DNA of 64,000 bases from Eledone cirrhosa (lineage: Eukaryota): NCBI GenBank assembly GCA_964016885.1, contig OZ024750.1, positions 51,274,001 to 51,338,000 on the forward strand, in the 5' to 3' direction. This document shows, piece by piece, positions 54,920 through 64,000 of this stretch. Each line of letters opens with the position of its first letter. The first letter of the stretch is position 1. The position numbers were made by a program, and so were the translations under genes. The notes under the pieces were generated by a model that was not told the DNA's origin, did no database searches, and saw only the letters and a list, made by a program, of their open reading frames with translations.

Positions 54920-57716
54920 ATGCCCAGCCTGAGATCCTTTCTCCACCAACTACACACTAGCCTCAAACTTTTCCTCACCCCCCTCCTCCCACCCTGCTAT
55001 CTCCCCTCTGTCCTTCAACTCTCCTACCTTCTCTTCGCCAAAACCCGGCACTCCAGCCACATCCATTTCCTCAGCCACTGCCTCCGCCTCCACCTTATCC
55101 CCCTCGGCTTCCGTCTACACTTCCACCCTTCCCCCGCCGCTTCCCCCTCCACGCAACGTATCCTCACCCGATCCTCACGCCTCCTGATGCGCAACTCCAT
55201 CCGCGCCTCCCGTTCCACCCTCCGCCAACTTGACCACCAACTGACCCCCACCCTCCTCCGCCTTAACTCCACCTGCCACCCCCTCCTCGCCCAAGCCATC
55301 CTCTCCTTCATCCAAAACCTCAACCACAACCTCTTCTCCTTCCTCAGCTCCACCAAAGCCCGCAAGCTACACTCACTCCTCCCAACCACCCCCATCTACC
55401 ACCACCCGTCCATCCCCATGAGCCCACCACTCTCCACCCCTCCCTCGACCCACACCCCTACCCAATCTAAACCCTCCACCTCACCCATCACCCCCCCCCC
55501 CCACACCCAAACCCCACCACTTGTTGTCACCATACCCCCTGACCCCCCCCTCTCCGCACCTGAGCGCTCACTCCTTAGTAGAGGCCTCCGCTTCATACCC
55601 CACACCACGCACAGCGACGAGTTCCGCACCCGAACGGAAGTCGAGCGATTCGTGCGACGCACTAAGCTACAGGCACATTTCGGCCGAACGCCACCGGCTC
55701 CGGACGCCCCAGACCCGTTTCTCGCCCTGGGCTGACGACCATCTTCTTGGACGCCGGCCCCAGGGCAATTTAGCACCCTGGACGCGTTCGTCGATGCCAG
55801 CCGTAGCGCCGTAAATCGTTTCGACTTCCGCCACCGTTCCAAACGGAATAATATCTCACGGGGCGAACTCCTCGCTCTCAGCTCCCTCCGTAGCCGAGAT
55901 GACATCGTCATCAAACCGGCGGACAAGGGAGGCGCCGTGGTGGTGTGGCGCACGGACCTCTACACGGCCGAAGCCCTCAGGCAGCTCTGTAACCCCCTCT
56001 TCTACCGCCCTCTACCCTCCGATCCGCACACCCCTCTACCAACAACAAGTTTCCGCCACCATCCAACACCTTGTCTCCTCCTCCCTCATCCCGCCCCACC
56101 GCTTCCCACCTCATCGTCCGCACCCCCCGCACCCCCACCATCTACTTCCTCCCCAAACTCCACAAACCCGACAACCCCGTTCACCACATCGTCTCCGCTT
56201 GCAACTGCCCCACCGAACTCATCTCCGCCTTTCTCGACTCCATCCTCGCCCCCCTTGTCACCACCCTCCCCTCCCACATCTCCGACACCAACCACGCCCT
56301 GCGCCTTTTTGACTCCTTCACCTACCCACCCGGCCCACAGCCCTTCCTCTTCACCCTAGACATCAAGTCCCTCTATACCGTCATCCCCCACGCCGACGGC
56401 CTACGCGCCCTCAAACACTACCTCGACCTTCGCCCCTCCCCCATTCCCTCCACCACACCCACCTTCGCATAGCCAAGCTGGTCTTCACCCTCAATTGTTT
56501 CTCCTTCTCGGGTGAGTTTTACCAACAGGTCACGGGGTAGCCATGGGTCCAAGAATGGGCCCGAACTATGCCAACCTTTTTGTTGGCCATGTTGAGGCCC
56601 AAATCTTTGCCCAGTACACCGGCCCCACGCCCGAACTGTACGGTCGTTACATCGACGACTGTATCGGAGCCACGACCCTCACCCGAGAACAGCTCGACTC
56701 CTTTCTCTCCTTCTTCTGCTCCTTCCACCCTCTCTCCACTTCACCACCTCTATCTCCACCACCCACGTCCACTTCTTAGACATCTCCGTCGCCTTAGACC
56801 CCTCCCACCACTCCCTCGTCACCTCCTCCTTCTTCAAACCCACCGACTCCCACTCTTACCTCGACTTCACCTCTTCCCACCCCACACACACTAAACACTC
56901 TATTCCCTACTCCCAACTCCTCAGGATCCGCCGCCTCTGTAGCCGAGATGCTGACTTCGAGTCCCAGGCCTTTTCCCTAGTCAGCCATTTCATCCGCAGA
57001 GGTTCCCCCCCCCCCCCTCTCGTCCACACCGCTCTCACCTGCGCCCGTGCTCTCCACCGCTCCACCACCCTCACCTCACGCCACCGAACACCCACCCACC
57101 CTCTCCCCTTCCCCATCACCTACCACCCCTCCACCTTACCCCTCCACCACACCATCCGCCGCCTCTTCCGACGCCTCCAGTCCGACCCCTCCACCTCCCA
57201 CATCTTCCCAACCCCACCACTCCCCTCCTTCAAACGCGCACGCAATCTCCGCACCCTCCTCGTCCACAGCTCCCTACCCCCAACCCACGCCCCCCCCCCG
57301 GTTCCTTTCCCTGTTCTAGGCCCCGCTGTAACACCTGTCCCCACATCACCAACACCACCACCTTCCAGGGTCCCAACGGCCACTCTCTCTCTGTCCGGCA
57401 TGCCTTCCGCTGCACCTCCTCCAACCTAGTCTACGGATTTCGCTGCACGGAGTGCAGCGCGACATACGTCGGACAGACGGGACGTCGCCTGGTGGACCCA
57501 TTCACTGAGCACCTCCGGGATATTCGTCTCGATGGTAGTTCCCCCATCGCCCGCCACTTTGGTGCCCCTGGACATTCCGCACGCCATCTCACAGTCTGTG
57601 GCCTACTCCAATGCCACGGAACACCTGCCAATCTCCTCAGAGTTGAACAAAGAACCATCTTCATCTTACAGACCCACACTCCCCCCGGCCTGAAATCCCC
57701 ACCCTTATTCCTTTAG
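54920..57716 (+). pseudogene. PLE polyprotein (N-terminus, RT, Cys linker, GIY-YIG) with one in-frame TGA and several frameshifts
   Basis: HIHFLSHCLRLHLIPLGF, KPADKGGAVVV, YFLPKLHK, LDIKSLYTVIP, MGPNYANLFVG, RYIDD, CSRPRCNTC, VYGFRCTECSATYVGQTGR. Confidence 0.92.
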
Positions 57717-59140
57717 CCTTCGACCGCCCCCCCCCTCCACCACACATATCCCCCACTAACACCACTAACACACCCCTCCTTTTCACCGCCCACCCCACAA
57801 CTAACAATACTAACACCTCCACTCCACCCCTCATCCGACCACCCTTCCCCAACTAACATACTAACATCCCTCCCTTCTTCTCCTCCCCCCTTCTTATCAC
57901 ACGCACACACCCACCGGCACATATATACACGCGCTCACACTAAACACACACCCTACTACCACCACTAACCCTCACCCCCACACATCCATCCCACCACCCG
58001 CAACTAACATCACTAACACCCCCTGACCCCAAGCACACGAACACACGCACCCACTTACACCACCCACCCCACACGCAACTAACATCACTAAAACCCCACA
58101 ACCGCACGCACACGTACCCACACACCCTCGTACACCACCAACTCTACACACCCTACCACCACTAACCCCCACTCACACCTGCATTCAACCCTTTCTCCAC
58201 CTCCCGTATACTAACACCCACTAACACCCCCTTCATCAAACTACACACACACCAGTACACCACACTCCCTCCATCGACCCCCACACCCTTCTCTCCCCGC
58301 TCCACCCACACCCCTTCTCCACACTCACTCATCCTACTAACACCTCTACTAATACACACACACACCCTCCTCACTCCAACTTTCACACCTATCCATCCTC
58401 GCCCCTTTACCATTCCACCCTACTGCTGCTATGCCTTCTGACCACCTCCCAGCACACACAGACACACAGCACTCCTACCGCCTTGACCACTTCCTGTTGC
58501 GCGCGCACCCCACATCTCTCCTCTTCCGACCATCTCTTCATGGATTACTCGTATGTGGAGCTTGATCGCGGAATCAACTACCATCCTAGTAGTTTACCAA
58601 CCTTTCAACCACATCTTCTTACGGAATCACCTTTATAACTCACCCACACACACACCCAAAAAAAAAAAATTTTCCCACCCGCCACCTACACCCACAACAC
58701 GCTTAAATCCCACATACACGTGCTTTCCACCACATGTTTACACCTTCAGCCTCCGGATTCCTCCCCCCACCCCTCTATCCACACACGCACATACACTCCG
58801 ACCTACACACACCTCTTCCTGAACATGCAACCCCGTTCTTCCCCCAACCCTTGCTTTCACATACACGCACACACACACACACGTACACCTACAAACAACA
58901 CACCAACTTCAGCCCTCCCCGCTCGGACACCCCGTCTCCCTAACCCCACTCCACCCTCCACCATCCCTACACACCCCACACCCTTCCACCACCTGTTTTA
59001 CGCCATTTTAATTTAATTTTATTTTGATCATGCTTTTATTTTTAATTTCATTCGCACCGTTTCCTCCCACCCACTTTTCGCTATATGTCTCTCCACCACT
59101 CCCCTACACACCCTTTGAACTCTCTTCCCACACACTTTTC

Positions 59141-59172
59141 ACCTGAAGAAGGGCTTATGCCCGAAACGTCGT
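59141..59172 (+). ncRNA. Minimal pLTR hammerhead motif of the Neptune-like element
   Basis: AC-CUGAAGA-a GGGC uuau GCCC-GAAA-CG-UC/GU; palindromic ACGU stem III, very short stem I. Confidence 0.65.
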
Positions 59173-59259
59173 TCCCCACCACCACCCCACTCTCCAGAGC
59201 GTGAAATTAATAAACATTCGTTGTACTGCCTCTCTGTTTTGTTCCTGTTCAAATTTTCC

Positions 59260-59306
<47 letters not shown>

Positions 59307-59799
59307 AGAGAGAGGGGGAGAGAGGTGGGGTTGGGAGAGAGAGAGTCTGTGGTGCTGAAACCGAGAAGAGCACTAATCATATAATCATATGAGTACTCGA
59401 TACATGGGGAGATGCTGAGTGGGAATAGAGATATGTCAATACAGACCACGGTGCACAGCGGTTTCGGCACCCTGGCGTCACATTCTGGATTTTACATCCC
59501 TCTCTCTCTCTCCCTCTCTTTCTCTCTCTCTCTCTCTCTCTTTTTCTCTCTCTCTCTCTCTCTTTTTCTCTCCATTTTTCTCTCTCTTTCTCACTCACAC
59601 GCTCTGTATAAATATATATTTATGTGTCCGTGTGTCTGTGTGTTGTGTGTGTATATGTGGGTGGTGTGTGTGTGTGTAATAGAATTTCCCGTGACCTGAA
59701 ACCTTCAAACATTAACCTAGTGAGCGCTCAATACTTGTAAATGAGTTGTAAATTATTTTATTCTCTGATATGTTTAATGACCATCATGATAATCCTACG

Positions 59800-59942
59800 A
59801 CGGCAGAGTGGTTAGAACATGGATATAAGACATCGCCATATTGGTCCCGATTCTCTGAGTTCAAATCTCACCGAGGTCGACTTAGTTTTTCATCCATAAA
59901 AATCAATAAAACAAAGTACCAGCCAAGTACTGAGGTCGATAT
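59800..59942 (+). mobile_element. Degenerate Nin-type SINE
   Basis: ggcagagtggttaga..gagttcaaatc..gaggtcgact..tttcatcc..aagtaccag. Confidence 0.55.
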
Positions 59943-59950
59943 TTCCTCTG

Positions 59951-59983
<33 letters not shown>

Positions 59984-60166
59984 TTCTATTCTACTCTGGA
60001 AGAAATCTTATGTGTACAGATCTAGAGAGGGATGCTCTCCGCCAGGTTTAAAAGAAGCAGTTAAGGCCGTACACCACTACGACTCCATCAGGTATTATGG
60101 GACCACACCAAGTTAATCCTGTCTAAATATATTAAATTCAAACAGGATACTGATAGTATTTGTAAC

Positions 60167-60244
<78 letters not shown>

Positions 60245-61020
60245 GGTGTTGGATGCTTAAAGCGTCCGTATTCAGTAGGCTCTGTGAGCACTTGATGCCC
60301 TCATAGAGTATAATAGGAAAATCTGCTTCGTAGAATCGAGACGTATCCGAGGACCGCGCGATTTCAGAGTCAGGTTCGATCACCACATCGATCGTGCCTC
60401 CAGCTGGTCGCCCGAGAAACACTTGTAATATGTCCAATAAATTCCCTTCGTCGCCACACTGATTCTCTTTTTTCTGTGATATATATATATTGTTTGTCTA
60501 AAGGAATTTTATTCTTTTGTCCCAAATTTCGAATTGACAGCCAAAACGGGGGTTACCTCCCTTTGGGAAAACCAGATGTCTCTAGTGAAGTTTACTGCTA
60601 GAAAATACACCCGTTGAGGAATAGAATGAAAAACTTGTTGACGAAGTAAACTCCTTTGTTCTCTCGTCAAAAGTCATTAACTTGCAGACCCCTGCAAGTG
60701 GAATTTGTCGATCTCAGATTTACAGAAACCTAGCGGAGATGTTGTATGTCATATGTGATGTATATTGTATGCTATACGTTATGTGTTGAATTTGATGTCT
60801 ACGTGCGGACCAGGTCAGTCAAAAATATTTCCTGAGTTCAGTTTTTTTCGTCGCTATGGCAATGCGGTCCGACTATCGGTCTCTGTATTTGATTTGCAAA
60901 GCTGTCTAAACGTAATGTTATAACTCTGGGGTAATATTCACCATTGAGTGCTTAGCTGCACACCGAATCTGCATTCGTTAGCTTGGCTGCTGCCAAAAGC
61001 TTCGTTGATGCTGTACTAAA

Positions 61021-61051
<31 letters not shown>

Positions 61052-61114
61052 CAAATTTTAGTACAGCATCAACGATATATATATATATATATACAAATTT
61101 TAGTACAGCATCAA

Positions 61115-61148
<34 letters not shown>

Positions 61149-61378
61149 AACAGGTATATTTTCATATATTTCATATCTGTATATCTGTTTGACCCGAAAT
61201 AGGAGATCGAATCTTCGCTGTGTGGATGATTAGTTTAACCACCATCTCAGTGTGTTTGGCCTTTAACGTAAGTTGTAAGCTCTAATTCATTTGAATTATT
61301 GAGCGCTTGCCTCACAATTCGAAAGTGTTTTCTCGTTATTCCATGGGCTGAAATTCGATTCTCGCTAATTTTTACTTG

Positions 61379-61456
<78 letters not shown>

Positions 61457-61589
61457 GTGTGCGTTTGTGTGTGCGCGTATACGGATTTTTTAAATTCACA
61501 GAGTCTTGTAAAACACCAGAATACATGTAGGAGTATGTGAATCATTGAATGAGAGAATTTATAGAAATAAGTATCTCCTGACTCCTTCA

Positions 61590-62010
61590 GAATCACAATG
61601 AAAAACCGGAACAACCCGACACCCTAATGACTCTGCCAATTCACCTCCGTTTAGCCTGAGAGGTACATTTTCTGGGAAATATATCTTGGGATGCTACATA
61701 GTATGCAGCGACACGTTCTCCGGTGACAGCATCGAAACCCCTGTCACCGCTGCCCTTAACGCAGGGAAGCGGAAGATTATTTAATACTTGGCAGTAACTG
61801 GTGATTTCATTTTGCTGCCGGTCGCTATTTATACCACTTCTAATCCTCGGTCTCCGGACGGACGTCTTCCTACGCCATATTGGACTGATGACATCACGCC
61901 TGTGGAAGGTGCCCCACGAGGACAAATGACGCAGAGCAAGTATCAGTGGCTGGTCTCCAACTTAAGGCAATCACCATCTTGCTCTCGCTATGGAACTGAG
62001 TTATGCCGCC
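61590..62010 (+). pseudogene. Highly decayed CRE-like RLE-domain relic
   Basis: QPD..SGK..SWDAT..CSDTF..NAGKRKII*Y..LPVAIYT..YQWL across frames. Confidence 0.45.
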
Positions 62011-63264
62011 TAGCCAAAGAAGTAAAGTTTACCCGTTTATTTATTTCTATTTGTGTTCTTTTTGTCATACGTAAATAATTATTTAGTGCATTTATTTAAA
62101 ACTATATTAAATCACTGACTTTTTTCTTTATGATCTTATTACATCTTTATATCTTATTTCCCCACCCGTATAAATCTAGGTCTTCTACCAAAATCAGAAG
62201 CAAACAAACAAATATATTTTTTTTAACTAAATTTTTCTTTCTTTATTGATTTATTATATATTTTCCAGCATCGTTAAGAAGTAAATGTAATTATTATTGG
62301 ACTGTCTGTGTATATCAGAACTTATGGAATTATTTGAGACTTTTTCCTAATTATATTCGATATTGATTATCTTCAAATGCACATTTATTTATTCAGTTCT
62401 TTTCGTGTCTTTATTTTCTTTTCTTGCTTTTCTTGAAGTCGTTCAGAAGGTATAGAATTTCCTTGAAAGTAAATTACAGTAGCTAATATTTTAAATTGGA
62501 GTCTTTTCTGAAATAAAATACAACAAGGCTTAACATACAAGTACCAAGAGACTTGTATAAATAAGGTTAATAGGGGAACTAATTTTGTATATTGGTTGGC
62601 ACTGCGTATCTTTTGAAAATGTGAGTGTGCTTATATTACGCATATAATCTTATATATACCAGAGGCATATGTAAATGCATAGACAATATGTTTATTATAG
62701 TGAAGGCAATGTGGTTTGTCCTTGAGCAAGTCACTTTATTTCACATTGATAGTATCAGCAATGCAAAGACCAATGAAAACATAATTTTCTTGGTTTGATC
62801 TGACGAGTTCCACCCGACTCGGTAAGCCAATGAGGTCTGAAAATTTGTCGATCTATCTCTTCCATAGCAAACATATACAGACCTGTCAACTCTCACCCGT
62901 CCGATGGGGAGATCTCCCACGCACTTTCGGGTGACAGATGTCTTCTCTTGTGAAAATAGGTATAGCTATCATAATTTAAAATCTCCCCATTTTGCCTCAT
63001 TTCTCCCTGTTTTGGAGGCGCTTTTTTCATGGTACTCCTCGTTTAGGTTTTCAGAGGTTGGCAGATCTGCATACACAAGTCTCAGTATTAGAATTCTAAG
63101 AGGCAATGTATTTAGTTAAACATACAGATCTAACTACATATTTCTTCCACGTGTGTTACATATTCCATGGGACTGCTCTGGTAGGAGACATAAACACACA
63201 CACGCACACATAAACACATGCATATATATATATATATATATACATGTGTTTATATATATATATC

Positions 63265-63417
<153 letters not shown>

Positions 63418-63455
63418 CTCCCTAATGACTGGCTACACAAGTTGCAGGAACATGA

Positions 63456-63524
<69 letters not shown>

Positions 63525-63751
63525 TTGTGTGATTATGTGTAAATTTATGTATCTATTTCTATGTGTATATGTGTGTGCGTATGTATGTAGGTAATGTACA
63601 CGATAACAAGGCCAGAAGTAATAAAACTATTTATCACTTGAATACAAATCTCTCTGATGATAAAATGTTGTTTATATTTTGAATTTATCACTTTCATCCA
63701 CCACGGGACCTATAACGATATACAGGTTTGTAATTTATGTACATATAGAGA

Positions 63752-64000
63752 CACATACATACATTCATACATACATACATATATACATACATACACACAT
63801 ATATATGTACGTACATACATACATACATACATACATACATACATACATACATACATACATACATACATACATACATACATCTACGGTTAAAATTTGTGAA
63901 ATTATAAAACCAGAAGAACATACATACAAACATACATACAAACATGCATACATACATATATACATACATACATGTATACATGCATACATATATATATGCA
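63752..64000. repeat. (ACAT)n microsatellite
   Basis: Directly visible. Confidence 0.9.

Larger units (their letters stand above)
54453..59268 (+). mobile_element. Near full-length Penelope-like element, Neptune-like
   Basis: 48-bp terminal direct repeat ttgtactgcctctctgttttgttcctgttcaaattttccattatatat (54453-54500 and 59221-59268); RT + GIY-YIG; 3' hammerhead; (TA)n flanks. Confidence 0.93.

Noticed and set aside
61788-62078. 96-aa ORF as a host exon
   Set aside because: Better explained as part of a decayed RLE-type LINE relic with stops and frameshifts; no splice or gene context is evident

Overview
Eukaryotic (animal) AT- and microsatellite-rich DNA. The SINE types suggest a cephalopod such as octopus, but that is inference. 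No host protein-coding gene is recognisable, and most ORFs in the track are translations of microsatellites. Contents: (1) an array of nine tRNA-Ser(UGA) genes in ~3-6 kb duplicated units (24.8-53.7 kb); (2) Penelope-like elements (PLEs), namely one near full-length Neptune-like copy (54.5-59.3 kb) and two inverted, truncated copies of a second, possibly Naiad-like family; (3) an ORF1-retaining L1/Tx1-like LINE derivative, CRE-like LINE relics, Nin-type and CORE-like SINEs, and a 52-bp satellite. The main signal is a set of small non-coding elements inserted in (TA)n that carry type I hammerhead ribozyme motifs, about 10 sequence families and roughly 50 motifs counted by eye. It includes a 454-bp head-to-tail array with one hammerhead per unit (retrozyme-like), and a dispersed copy of that unit has the same inverted-arm-plus-tail ends as the PLE insertions. 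All RNA structures were paired by eye; no folding or database search was run.
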